Source: Tubulanus polymorphus (taxonomy: Eukaryota; Animalia; Nemertea). From it: a DNA stretch of 64,000 nt. The notes below the pieces were generated by a model. That model was not told where the DNA came from, searched no databases, and saw nothing but the letters and a program-made list of their open reading frames with translations. Below, in pieces: positions 1-13,502 of the stretch (position 1 is its first letter; each line of letters starts with the position of its first letter). The translations under genes were made by a program, and so were the position numbers. The stretch covers positions 7,658,485 to 7,722,484 of the forward strand of contig NC_134027.1 in the NCBI RefSeq assembly GCF_964204645.1, read 5' to 3'.

Positions 1-559
1 TTTCATTCGAATGGCTTTTTGAAGACGTTCTATTATTAACCGGGCTATTGTTCGAACGAGGCGGTGGAGCCGACGTTTTCATACGAACCGTTTTGGTTTG
101 TCTTCCTTGACATTCGCTAAACGTATCATTATTGTCGAGCTGTGAGGGTTCATGTTTTGGTTCGGCTTCACCGAAGACCTTTGAGGGAAGGGTTGTAGTA
201 TTAGATGGAAATAGTCGTGACATTTCAGTTTGCACGGTCCCTTCCCAAGCATTTACAGCGCCGCCAGCAAGTGAAACCCTGGAAGCGGCTGCCGTTTTCG
301 TTGATCGAGGTCGACGCGGTTTCAGTGGTGGTGTCGTCGTCTGTTGCGCCTCTTGAGCGCGTCTGATGTAGATCTTTCTCAGCCTTTCCTCTATGACATC
401 CGCCGCTTCTTGGATCAGTTTATCCCCGCTGTCGACTTCGTACGGATCGACGCGTTTATGAAATAACACGGCGCTAGATTTAAATGGTGATGATGGGCAG
501 CGAATACCAACCGGCAACGGTGCCGATTGTGGTCTTTTCGAAGCTGATTTTCTTAACAT
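1..559 (-). CDS. Uncharacterised Ser/Pro/Arg-rich protein, N-terminal coding exon running off the window edge
   Basis: ATG at 559 opens MLRKSASKRPQSAPLPVGIRCPSSPF...LIQEAADVIEERLRKIYIRRAQE... with no stop down to base 1 (186 codons). GC is higher than in the flanks. Absent from the ORF track because the stop lies outside the window. Confidence 0.6.
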   Translation of the reverse strand, partial: MLRKSASKRPQSAPLPVGIRCPSSPFKSSAVLFHKRVDPYEVDSGDKLIQEAADVIEERLRKIYIRRAQEAQQTTTPPLKPRRPRSTKTAAASRVSLAGGAVNAWEGTVQTEMSRLFPSNTTTLPSKVFGEAEPKHEPSQLDNNDTFSECQGRQTKTVRMKTSAPPPRSNNSPVNNRTSSKSHSNE

Positions 560-2128
560 CTCAGTTACTGGTTTTTAGTGAGTCATATCAATTAAAGTAT
601 TTCATAAAAACATAATCGATTTCAAGATTTCGCTCGTAATCATTCTGAATATCACATACCAGCAGTTCTTAGATCGATTTGATGCAGTCGCACATTCACT
701 AATGAAACATAAATTCGATCCATCCAATGCTGTCATTCCTCTTCAAACAGGCCAATTGAGCGATATCCTTAGTCGTTAATTCAGTGATAGTAATCAGCAT
801 AATCCATCCAAAAACAGTACGCATTTATTCTTATTCCGATCACGCGCAATTGATGATATTTATTCCGTATAGTCAAGTGTATGAACTTATTATACATTAA
901 TACTTTAAATAAACGGTTTCTTAACTTTATATTTCATTAAACTGCCGTTGTATTAATATTCAGTATGTAAGCCAGTTATTATAAATGTTCACGCCACCGA
1001 ATCAACATGCCTGCAAGTACGTGCTACCTTCCCCGTCGACGGTATTTAGTTATTCAAACATTGTGCTTGGTCGGCTGATTAATTAGATAGTAAAAAGTGA
1101 ATCAGGTCGTCCGTAACCACACGGCTACGAACTTCAATAAATATATACTTGAGGATGTAACTTTTTTGTTGATTTATGGAACACCGTGTTAAGATATTTG
1201 AAAAAGCGCAGCATGTCGTAACCGCAATTATTCCTCTACAAAAAGATAGTGATTATAAGGAATGCAATCTATGGACGAATGTTATATTACACTAATTGCC
1301 TACCAACTTTGTGTCTATCGAGAGCAAGTTTTTACGCGGTGAATCAATTTCAAGGCGGTACTCGTTCCGAAAAAATGATCGATCGAATTTTTCATAAACT
1401 TTCGACCGTTTTAGATTCGTGGTGTATCTTGCAATTAGTGTGTTTCTCACGCTTCCTCTCCTCCCAATGAGTACCAATCACGACCACTGATTTCAGGGTT
1501 ACACCTCCGTAAAATATCCATTTGATTTCAAGATTGATGATGTCGCCTGCTGCGCAGTCAGTACGCCCAACTCATCCGGTCGGACGGTAGTCTTCTCTAA
1601 AGTACATGCCATTAAAATTTTTGAAAAATCCGAAAGAATCTAGCGGAGCCTACGTAAACGGAAGTATTTTGATTTGATTTTCCCGTCCCTGTTCAATATT
1701 TCATATGCGGGCTTGAAGATAATACACCACAGCAGAAACTTGACCATTGATTTTCAAAATCCTTCGAAGGTTAATTTCAGTCAAGTTGATATGACAGTCA
1801 AATTAATTGACATTCTATAAAAGACAACGCATGACATCTCATGGAACTAAATACGTATTTATTCCAATCCAAACTTACACCTCTAACCGATAATTTCATG
1901 TGTCGAAGGCGAAAAGTGAAAAAAAAGATAAAACAAATGATCGTTGGTTCGACTTTTAATGGGACAGCGGACGGGTGTGCGCAGCATCGTCTATTTAGCA
2001 GAGTTCCGTTCAAAACCGTCATTGGATATTCTTGAACGTTGGTCATAAAAGCAAAAACGTGTTAGAATGTGAGATAAACGCAAAGAACATCCGATTCATG
2101 TCGTTGAAAAGTACTTGATCAAACCCAC

Positions 2129-5100
2129 TCACGAGAACGACCCTGAAAAAAACACAGTTAATTAAGAAGACTGGACTGATTAAAACCCCACGCAATGGTT
2201 GAATTCGTTCAGAATACATAATAGATTGAAATCGAAATTTTCGGGAAATCTTGCGACGTAGACAATGATAGAACTCAATACGTTTATCGTAAAAAAGTAC
2301 GTCGGCCATAGGCTTTTTGGAAATGAAATATATATGGAATGTGTAGCTCTTACTACAAGTGCTGCATTTCATTGGACACATTTCTTGGATCATATCATTT
2401 GTGCAGTCTTGACCTTCACATAATTCATCGTCATATTCTTGAAAACATGGTTCTGTAATGAAAAAGAACCATAGGAGGAATATATTTGTTTTTATTCTGA
2501 TTACCGTTACACATGGCTGGTGCCAATCGTTGGATGCGGAAGGCACTACTTACCATCACAGTTGTTCCCTGAGCCATATTCGCACTTACAAGTACATGTA
2601 GATCGGTCTAATATACCTCTTCCGAACTCGTTCAATTTACAAGTCTTCCGACATTCTACCATTGACAAAATGCAAGGATGATAACAATAGTTATAACATT
2701 TTCTTGACATATGAAGGATTTCTCCGTCCTGAATTGTATTATTTAGTAATCAATTAAGGAAAGGGGTATAGGGGTGATAAAACAAGCCAGCCCCAACTTT
2801 AGAAACCTTGAAAATATTGTGATTTTATTCGACGATATTAAACACACTGCCCAAGAAAACAGGGAGTGGACCGTGAAGTCTATATGAAGATTTCTATTTC
2901 AGGTTCGGAAGTTGAGTGCAAGCTGCGTTTTCGACTCGGCTTACGACGAGTCGTGAAACGTGCATTAAGCGGTAATTTCAACTGATCACGCGCGGATAAT
3001 GATTAGTTGGAAAGTACCCGAGATAAAAGCACTTTCCTTTCACAGCAAGCTATTATCACTAGTTCGCAATGGAAACTTTAAATGACCAACAGATTCGTAT
3101 TTCAAGACGTACAAACGTATCCCGTTCAAAAGTCATCATGCTAGTAAAGGATGGGTTGCCACTATTTGAAGTATATTATATTCATTATATAGAGCGTTGC
3201 TAGGATAATTCAAAAATTGCGAGGGAATCGAATACAACCATCTTCTGGCGTTGTCAGTACTAAATAAGTTACATAACTCACCACATAGTCCGGAATCTGA
3301 CTCTAGACATGGAACTGAAATGGACAAGCATATGAAAAATAGAATATTTTGACTATCTTGATATAATGTTGATTTACCTCAGAAAGATGAAGGAATAAAT
3401 ATTTGTAAGGAGTACTAAATGGAGATTTAGCTAGGATCTAGGTGGTGCGCTTATAGTAGAAAACTTACCACAAAGTTGTTTATGACAGAAAGCAGCCGGA
3501 CTTGCGCATTTCGAACAAGGTTCACCAGATTTAAACGGCTTTTCGCCGACACTTACCCTGGAACCCAAACTGAAATATAATATAAACTGCCCACAACATT
3601 TAGTTACAACAACTAAATCATTGATATGAATTGGATGTTTCTGAATAATTTCTTCCTCAATCGATTTTTTAGAAAAAATGTTACCACTCATTGAAAACTA
3701 TCTTGTAACATAGTGGAAGTAAAGAACAGAATATTGTCCACTATGTAATTGCTACAAGTTTTGATAATCTTTTCTATAACCAAGCTTTAAATCTACTTCC
3801 AAAATACGTCTCTTTTAAAGATTCTCCATGAGCGGCATAATTCGATATGGAATATCATGTCAATTCTTCGGGACAACACATCAGTAGGCCTAAATCTTGT
3901 ATAATTGTGGATTGGATTGAGTGCGACAACAACTATTGAACCGCGCACGCAGAAAATCTCAGAATCCTTACTGCGACAATTCATTTTTTTATCGTTATTG
4001 CCTGATGCGACCGATGCAAAAAATACGACGATATGATTCTTTTTCGCGTGGCAGAACGATAGAAGAATCTATAATTGGCTTTTGTTCTTCGCGATGGATG
4101 ATTCTTTCCATGACATAACAGGTTTCAAAGCTACTTACGCAGGGTAGTACATACATGCCACGAATTTAATAGTGGCCCTTCCGTAAAGAGTACATTTATT
4201 CACAGCGCATCCGACTCGATCGGTTTCCGCTGTAATAAGCTGAAATGCAAACGGTTTTAATTTTGATGACCTTGTAATCGAGAATAATGTCTAGCCAAAT
4301 AAAATTTGAAATCTGCACTAATGGCATAAATATCTGGAGCCCGATAGATGAGTTGACTATGTACGATTTAAATTTGCTTGAAATGGTGGGTATCTCACGC
4401 TAGAGTGGCAAACAACATGAGTAACAGGTTAGTTATTTTTTTTTTCAAATTAGGAACTGCCTGATTTGCGAATATCGTATATGATATTAAACTACAATGG
4501 TGGAAATTTTGATTTTCTCCACACAAACCATATAATCATATCTATCGAAAACCTGCTCGACGTTCCTATACGAGATAAATAACTGGCTACTAGGAATTGT
4601 GATATAGGGTTATAAACAAGGACATCGCTCCTATTCCGTGCAATAATTACTAGTGATACGCCCAAACAACGCAATTATCCCACCTGAATTGTCAAAGTCA
4701 CTTGTATCTTCTGATTAGCAAGAACTTTTCAGCTGTATTATAGCAATTTGTAACTTAGTCACGGATTCTTCACCTCCGAGACCATGGGCTTAATTTGTCA
4801 TGTGTGTTTGATGTCTGATAAAAGATGAGCTCTCCATAGTGAATCGACAAGTGCGTGGAGAAAAGTTGGGAATATTGACCCATCATGATCCCGCATAAAA
4901 GTGCCGTTGTAAAGAACTGGGAATCATACTAACGTTTTAAAGTGGCGAATCATCTTTTATCGATTATCGTACACGTACGAAGGTAGCTCTATCAGCGTTT
5001 CGCTTTGAAATCTCAAGTCCTAATCAGTTGGATTTCATAGAATCGCAGCTAAACACACGAATCAAATGACTTAAAGAAATCTTTTTAACATAAAAACGTA

Positions 5101-8100
5101 CTTGCGAATAGTTCCAGCAAGGTGAATCGGTAGTACATTGGTTAATCATTTCGTCATAGTTGACACCTTCGTTAAACCATTTACGAATAATCGATGACAT
5201 GGTAGTTTTACGCGGTACTTTAGCCGTGTTTACTCCGTATTTGAGAAAATACGTGAATTCATCCATTTCGCCGAACTCGTCGGAAAGTTGTTGGTGAGAT
5301 TTCCATAGATTTCTGCACTGGACGACTTTCTGAGCAGATTCAGCCAGAGATTCATCCCAAAACTGAAGCAAAACCAGTTGTTTGAAAACATCGAAGACAA
5401 TGCTTTGCCGTCCAATTTGCGTCTCAACAGACAGAAAATTGACATGCAAATTAATCGATTCGAAATACATGATATGATTTTACACGTTTAGTAGCAACAC
5501 TTGATTACATTATTTCGTAATCATATCTCCAAAAGAATTGTTTAGATTTAATATTCAATGTTTATTTGAACTCACAATTTTTTTCATATCGGCGGCCTGA
5601 GCGGTGTTAGCTGTTAATCGCCTGTAGAAATTATGCAAATCTACTATATTTCTTTTTTGCGAGGCTCGCATCTCTCGTTGCCCCAGAGAAGATATCACAT
5701 TTGTGCTCGCAATTATTACTGAAACTAGGAAAAAATGATGAAAATTGAGATTATAGCTTTCCTTTTATATCTAATCAATATCTACACATACGTATCGTAA
5801 TTGAGTGTTCAGACACAAATAACGGCATAGGTTTGTCAGGGCAAAAACTGGATGTGAACTCGTAAAAAAAAATCTTACACATTCACTTTAACCGACTTAA
5901 GAATTCTTGGCAATGTATCGTTGCCAATGTCCAACTTTTGTATATTTAGCATTCCTTTTCAGGGTTTCAGTTTATACAAGCCTTGCTTTTTCTGAAACCC
6001 CAGTTCTATATTACAACATTATGTATCATCTTTCATATTGTACACATTGTTGCAATTTATCTCTGAAATAAATAGATAGATAAATAAATTCGCTTTAATC
6101 AAGAAGTACCATTATACTAAAACATTATTTAAGTGATTGCTTTGTGAAGATACGTTCACATCCAATTTTACATAAAATGGGCGACGTAAATAATGCATCC
6201 AAACGATTCAATCGTCCCGCAACTGATGACGGTTTGGTTATGATTTTCTGAAAGCGTTTTTCGTCAAATGATAGATAGATAGATTTTTATTTATATTTTC
6301 CAAATCACTTTGTGATCTAATTGTTAAATCTCGTGAAATAAAACAAACAGGGATTTCGGTGCAAAATGATCCAATTGCATGAACAAAATTTTAATGATTC
6401 TGTATGAATTATTCATTTCGAAAATCCCGCTAATGATAGCTGTGATTTAGTAATTTCTTTTCGAGGGAAATTAGTGGGAGGACATTGAATGATGCATATG
6501 TCTCCCATCGTATCGTGACGTAGGTCGATGAAAAAATAGCAGTTCCAAAACAAACGATGAACTGAGTCTCGAATGGGAACTGGTGTTATGAGAGAGTATA
6601 GTGGTCGTTTCGCTATGGACACTGCTGGATTCCAATCCATGAAATGATATTTTTTATCAAAAGTTGTAACGAACGGTCTTTTTTCCACTGATCAAACACT
6701 GATGCGGTGTGTAAATGCGCAACCCCATCTGACTACGCGATGACTTTGCTTTTGACAACTGCAGTGGAAGTGTTAGAGGTTTCCCGTGACAACGCTGCCA
6801 ATCAAACCGATAATGAACCGGTCAATTGCATTTGTGTGTGAACAGCGTGACACCCGTCAGCGTCAACGCGGCACTTTCTTTTACAGATGTTTTTCTATCT
6901 GATAATTTTCTCCTATTTATAGTAATGTTGATTCGGAGCTTTTTCATTGATGATAACGATACTATATTTGCAGTGCGAAATAGCATCCGAATAGCAGCCC
7001 GCGGAATCCCTATAGAGACCACGATTTTCAATTATGAACACCACCGTTAAAATCAAGCTGTCAACGAAAGCTGCTTCGGTTTAAAACAAACTCTGAATAT
7101 TTTGCACGGTATATTTATTTATTCATACGTCGGGAGTCGGGGTCGCGAGTCGGGAGCTAAGCGATGAATGAAAGTGGCCATTACATCCAAAACCGAAGTA
7201 AAAGCAAGCTTTATCATCCGATTGTTTAACTATTAATGCAAGGAACATTAACGCATTTTCCAGTCTATATGGGTACGGATTATGCCTCGATGATTTAATT
7301 GGTTACTAGTCAAATGAAATATGCGACACATGAAATATGAAATATACATTAAGGGAAAATTGGTGGAAAATCCGTATCAATAGTTGACTAGATTGCAAGG
7401 AGTCCACGATAAACGCAACGAATCAATTGGCAACTTTTTTCTGCGCATTACGTACATCGGAGCAAATAGTGTATAAATAAAAAAACCGAAGAAGAAAATA
7501 ATAACATGCTTTGCAGTGCAGTGGTGTTTATAGATCTGATAATCACCAAGTTTTATTCAAATTAAATTCGGATGCACTTTTCTTAAATGGACTGTGTGCG
7601 TCATGCGTCATGATTCGTCTTCAATTCAGTGAGGTCTCCAATGGAAATACACACACCCGCCAGTTCAAGGATCTGTCTCATTTCTGATTTATAACGATCT
7701 TTAAAAAGTAGTTTGATTTTGATAAGATCTGCAATATATATCGCCTCTATTTCCTGTATTTTATCGAAGAAGTGTTTTCATTCTGACACGAGATCAAAAA
7801 TTTGTCCTACAAAGGCAAAACTTGACTTGTTGTTTCGCAAAATGCGCAGTCATTAAACATTTTGGATTTTACCTTACTTGTTTTCGTTTTAAGGTAGGAT
7901 AAAATCGAATTTTAGCGACAAAAATGTGTTGTTAACTACCGTAAAATTGAGAAACAGAATGACAAAAAGACCATTCAACTTTTGAATCGAAGCTATTGAA
8001 ACTTATGATGGACACGACTTACGTGTATCTTTTTTAAGTTATTAATCGTTCAGTTAGTTTTTTTATCATTTAAATAGATTAAGTGACAATATTGGATGCA

Positions 8101-8179
8101 AAACATAAATAAACTTACCTATGAACAGATTGCGGATCCAATAACCCCGACGACATAAACACGTTCCTTCAAATTTCAT
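2129..8179 (-). CDS. Secreted CAP/SCP (CRISP/PI16-like) protein with Cys-rich EGF-like and ShKT-like C-terminal modules; multi-exon, 3' end uncertain
   Basis: Exon 8119-8179 (MKFEG...NLFI, phase 1) joins ~5576-5720 (IVDLHNFYRR...AADMKKI). Then ~5100-5361 (WDESLAESAQ...WFNEGVNYD...CWNYSQ), ~4139-4240 (TDRVGCAVNKC...VACMYYPA), ~3468-3557 (PFKSGEPCSKC...FCHKQLC), ~3271-3314, ~2553-2657 (TCTCKCEYGSGNNC) and 2354-~2452 (CPMKCSTC). A short terminal exon at 2129-2142 is tentative. Confidence 0.8.
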
Positions 8180-9989
8180 TGCAGCTTCTATATTCAACGG
8201 AGAAAAAAACCACTTCGACGAAATGTTTATCTGGAAAACTTTTTGTTTTATTGGTAGATTTATCGGCGATGATCTGAGTCTAGAGCAACAGGCGACTTTA
8301 TTCTCTCCGGGTGTGACGTACGCTACGCACGCGCACCCACGCAAACGACGAGTCGAGAGGGCTATCTTGTTATTCCTGTAGGCCTATGGGTTTTTCATTT
8401 CATAGGCCTACGTATCATCTGATTGTTCATGTTTATTCTGTACAGCGATAGGCCAATGTCTACTTTATGTACCGGGTACCGTAACCGTACGTTTTGTGAA
8501 GTTGGATATATTCGTAATGGTTATACATCATTAAAATATAGATTTTCGTTTAAACATTGGAATTTCATTCAAATCTCAATAGTAATCATTTTGTCTGATG
8601 ACATTATTATTTCGCTCACGTGAGAATCATCGGTTTTCATTCACGTGAATGAACTAATTTGCAAATAGATATCATGAAAATAAACTGGAGTGGCGAAAGA
8701 TACAAACAGCGACGAATGAACACCTCTGGGAGTACCGCGATCGACGTCACAGCGAACCCACGTCTCAATCTGCAATCCCTGACTAATTGAATAATTAGAG
8801 GTGAACATATATAGGACCCAGGTGATTTAATTGAATGAAAGTATCGTTGTATTTATACATCTATCGAAGCCATTTAATTTCCAAACCACCACATTTCGTC
8901 CAGTGCGGTATTTTTTAGATCCTGGGCCCTTTGGTTTTGCACCTTTATCCTATAATATAGCAAATGTGAACAATTCGCCTCTCTGCATTCACTACGCGAT
9001 GTCCATCGACGAGACTGAAAAAATGTAATATTCTTTAATGTGAATATTGAATAAATTTTGCCTTTAAACGTTTAAATTTGTAAGTAGCTGGTTTTTCTAT
9101 ATACTTCATGAAATCAATTGGTGAATTTTGAGTTATTTACTTCTGAAACCAATTTCCTTCGATATCCGTCGGTTTGAATGATTGTATGATTCAAACGTCA
9201 GTCTTTGAATTTTTCATGAAAGAAGAGAGCAAGAAAACTAAGTTGAAAGTTTTTATATTGATTGATATTTGATTTTATTCGTCAAAGTATTTATAACCGG
9301 TACGTACGAACGATTTGATTAATTACATGTACAAATTAAACGTACGAAATAACGACGGGTGTGATATGTTCAAATCTGTTTATTTTGAAACGCTGAACGA
9401 AGACGTTGGACATCGAATGACCCCTTAAATAACGCTTTAGTAGTAAATCAAACATGAAACCATTTTTGTAAATGTTACATTTTTGTTTTGACAGCGTCAT
9501 AATAGATATAAAAGTATTTGAAACCATTAGGGCCCAGCTAACGCTAACGCTAGCGGAGCCAGCATGTGATGACAATCTGGCGAAAATGCACTGTAATATA
9601 GGAAAGTAAGGACTCGAACCTAGATAATGTCATTGACAAGCCAAGTATTTCGGGTATGGAATATATCCTTTGGTTCGATCAATCAAATCAATCAGATAAA
9701 TGTTTATTGATGATGGAGATTATCTTATTTTGACAACAACCTGCGTGGAACTATCGGTCCCCATCGGTCATCACATCGAATATTTTGATATTTCACAGTG
9801 AAAAGATCTGAAACAAACAGTTCCCCATTTAAATCGAGAAAATATATCCAACACGTCCTAAAAGTTACAGCGAAAGAAAGTAAAACTCCTATTATCTCCA
9901 GTAGAACGACAGACTGTTCTGTAGTGTCAGGGTCAAGCGTGACACATGTTGCACCCACGACTTCCAAACTTTTCATTCTATCAAAATCG

Positions 9990-11469
9990 ATGAATACAGA
10001 GACTTGCCCTAATCCTACATTAGATCAAGGTATTGAATCTGTAGGTGTCGGCATAGATGCGCAAGCTACTGACAGTGACACAATCAACAGTTTTAGGGTA
10101 ATAGTAGTACAATTTGTGTATTTGATATTTTAAAAAACATGATCTATGTTCAAATGCTTATCTTTCGACACTAGCTGCGTATCCCTAGCTATTATTCTTA
10201 TATGGGTATGTTCACTGGAGATAGGGCTACAATTTACATCGTTATTGTGATATCAATAGTCATTAAGTGATATTTGCTTTAAATGATTGGTATTTATTTT
10301 AGGTGTCGAAACCAAATAACACTGAGTCTTATTAATGATTTAACTTTATAGCTCACTGGTGACGAGTAAAAGACTTAAATAGTTAAAGTTGATAGTGTTG
10401 ACTATATTTAGGTTGTAGGTCAGTCTCAATGAACTGAGTAATGACTGGCAGGATAATGCAGTTGGCCTTTGATGTGGCTGATATCAATCCTGTGACATGA
10501 AATTAGTTCCAACTGAATAACTTATATTGATTCAATGACAGTCAATTATGTTCTATATAGATATACATAGAATAGGCCTACATTGGCGAGATTGGTAATA
10601 TGTTCATAAAAGGTATTGGTCTGGTATTTGAAAATCAAGGGATATACAAGGTGTTATAAGTTAAAAGATTTTTAAGATGTTGAATTGATATTTATAAAAT
10701 TTGCTTCAATACTACATTTACAATTGATCCTTAATTTCAGTATTGCTGTAAAAACGTTCCTGGAGCTGGATGCGATATCGAATTATTTCAAGAGCAACAT
10801 ATCGGATGTGCGTGTGAAACTTGCGTACCGGAACGCTGCCCTTGTATTCAAAGATTCGGTGAAACGTATCGCGATTTTCGGCTAATCGATGCGAATTTCA
10901 CTTCGCGACCGATTCTCGAATGTTCTCGCGACTGTAACTGTACGAAATCCTGTCGTAATCGACTTGTACAACATCGTCTGCAACGAAAATTGAAAGTCGT
11001 CGAAACTCATCGCAAAGGATACGGCGTAATCGCAGAGGAGAAAATCGGCAAAAATTGTTTCGTGTGCGAGTATGCCGGTGAAGTAATTAGTGAATCTGAA
11101 GCTCGCTTGCGATGGAAGCTGCAGTCTTGTGACGATTCTAATTATATTTTTGTATTAAAAGAGCACACGTCGACCGCGATAAACACGTTTATCGTCGATC
11201 CGAAAAACATCGGAAACGTCGGTCGATTTTTGAATCATTCTTGCGATCCAAATTTGTTCATGCTTCCGGTTAGAATTGACAATAGCATTCCTCATTTGGC
11301 GTTATTCGCGAAGCGCGATATCGAAATTGGTGAAGAATTGTGTTACGATTATTCGGGGGGTGTATCAACCAGTCAGGAAAATATAAGTGAAATAAAAAAC
11401 CGAAAAGCCTGCTATTGCAAGTCATTGGGTTGTAAAGGATATATTCCTTACGATTCTTTATTAAACTGA
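9990..11469 (+). CDS. SETMAR: SETMAR-type histone-lysine methyltransferase (pre-SET/SET/post-SET only, no mariner transposase)
   Basis: Exon 1 is 9990-10097 (phase-0 donor gtaata). Exon 2 is 10741-11469: [10 protein letters not shown]...CACETC...[10 protein letters not shown]...CRNRLVQ...FVCEYAGEV...[15 protein letters not shown]...PVRID...LALFAKRDI...ELCYDYSG...[13 protein letters not shown]. It closely tracks the vertebrate SETMAR SET exon, including the intron position. Confidence 0.9.
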
Positions 11470-11471
11470 AA

Positions 11472-13502
11472 ATGGATTCGAAATCGATGTCGCGAGTTTT
11501 TCTGCTGTCGTTACTACTCGTATTGTTAACGGTAAACTTTGCATCATTTGAAGAAAGTCTCGATGGTAGTTGTGGAAATAAGAAAGACGGTGCTGAACGG
11601 TTAAAAGGTTCAGATACTTCATGCGGCTGTAAATCTAATCGGAAAACAAATAAAGAAATCGATGATGATCATAGTGATGTAACAGTTGTTACGGATGAGG
11701 GTCAAGATGAGCTGAATGATGAGCTACAGCCTTCTTATACAGATAACATGGTTTATATACAAGGCGGTCAGTTTACGATGGGTCTCAATGATCCGATATT
11801 AATAGCCGATGGAGAGTACCCAGCTAGGGGTGTGACGGTTTCTTCGTTTTATATGGATATGCACGAAGTCAGTAATCAGGACTTTGAGCGTTTTGTAAAT
11901 GCTACATCTTACAAAACAGAGGTATGTTTACAGGCTTTGATTTCATGTGGTAGTTCTATTAATCTCTAATTCTTTGAAGCCTATTTCAGGCTGAAAGTTT
12001 TGGTGATTCATTTGTCCTACAATCATTGCTCAGTGAACAAACATTAAAAAGTATCACACAAGCTGTAAGTCATCATCACTTTCGATTAATCTAATAACGC
12101 GTACTATACTCGTGTATACCGGAAATAAGATGATACAATTTAACAGGTGGCCGCAGCACCATGGTGGTTACCAGTTAAAGGCGCATCCTGGAAGCATCCA
12201 GAAGGATTGGATACACATATAAAAGATAGGTATGGTAATCATTTTCATGTTAGTTTGAATTGATAGAAAATAACGGGATCTATAAGCTGACTGGCTTATT
12301 ATTTCAGAATGGATCATCCAGTTGTTCATGTATCTTGGAACGATGCTGTTAAATATTGTAATTGGTTGAATAAACGCCTTCCTACAGAAGCGGAGTGGGA
12401 ATATACATGTCAGGGTGGGAGAAAAAATAGGTAGGTAGCTGCTACTCGCTGTATAAACTAAGGTTCCAGGGACCCCATGCCCACTTGATATGCATATGAC
12501 AATCTGACAATCTCACTATTCTGCCCCCTGGCGAACAAATGCATTCACAATTGATTGCGGTTACAAAATATGCATAGGTACCAATATATATATATGGCAA
12601 TGTTATTCTGCTTTCAACACAAACATAAAATCCAGTGACAATAAAAAGAAATTTAAAAAGGTTTTTTTCATGAGACTAAAGATTGCCTCTAATTGGCTAA
12701 TTGAAAAACCCTTCTGATATGTTCTGTTGTATGTATTTGGCAGGTTATATCCATGGGGAAATAAGGAAATGCCAAAGGGTAAACATTACATGAACATTTG
12801 GCAGGGGAAATTTCCTGCTGAAAATAGCAAAGAAGATGGTTACATCAGCACAGCTCCTGTAAGTACATACACAGTGTCCACATTTTTGTGTGGTGCCAAT
12901 ATTTTGATTATCCATACTTAATAGATTTTTTTTATTTTAATGTAGTAAAATTTTTCCCTCATGCCGGGATAAGCAGTTGGCCTACACAGTGTGCCTATTC
13001 AAGTTTTAACTTATTAACTTGCAGGTTACGGAATTTCCAGCACAAAATAAATATGGCATGAAAAATATAGTTGGTAATGTTTGGGAGTGGACAGCAGATT
13101 GGTGGCAAGTGAATCATTCATCAGCAAAATCTAAAAATCCAGTAAGTACTCGAGAGAAAAGAATTACATATTGCCTTGCATTAGATCGTGTGACGCTAAG
13201 TTTCATATTTCTTGTAGACTGGTGCCATTAGTGGAAAGGATAAAGTGAAGAAAGGAGGGTCATATATGTGCCATAAGGTATGTTTTGTCATTAATTGGGT
13301 ACAAAGCCTCCTAATTTTGAAGATTTGGTTCGTACAAACAAATTTTCAAACATTTTATTGTATATTCCAGGATACCTGTTATCGTTACCGTTGTGCTGCA
13401 CGAAGTCAAAATACCCCGGACAGTTCCGCTGGAAATTTAGGGTTTAGATGCGCTAGTTCTGAACTACCCAAATATCTCCAACGCAACAATGACGAACTTT
13501 GA
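11472..13502 (+). CDS. SUMF1: Formylglycine-generating enzyme (sulfatase-modifying factor 1)
   Basis: Signal peptide, N-terminal SCGC motif, [43 protein letters not shown] and [25 protein letters not shown]. Exons ~11472-11921, 11990-12065, 12147-12229, 12308-12431, 12744-12858, 13025-13141, 13219-13277, 13371-13502. Confidence 0.96.
12456..12600. mobile_element. Degenerate fragment of the Helentron-associated (HINE/pearl-like) element, in a SUMF1 intron
   Basis: aactaaggttccagggaccccatgcccactt...gccccctgg...caattgattgcggttacaaaatatgcataggtaccaat matches the terminus and repeat unit of the elements at 16555 and 31166. Confidence 0.75.

Noticed and set aside
8250-8800. GC-richer exon-like patches between the CAP gene and SETMAR (e.g. 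YHENKLEWRKIQ...AIPD*)
   Set aside because: I could not assemble a start-to-stop spliced model or recognise a domain. It may be promoter/UTR sequence.
9990-11469. Possible SET-mariner transposase fusion
   Set aside because: The ORF stops after the post-SET motif and no DD34D transposase follows.
11460-11475. SETMAR-SUMF1 fusion by readthrough or programmed frameshift
   Set aside because: The frames differ, no canonical X XXY YYZ slippery heptamer is present, and SUMF1 needs its own N-terminal signal peptide.
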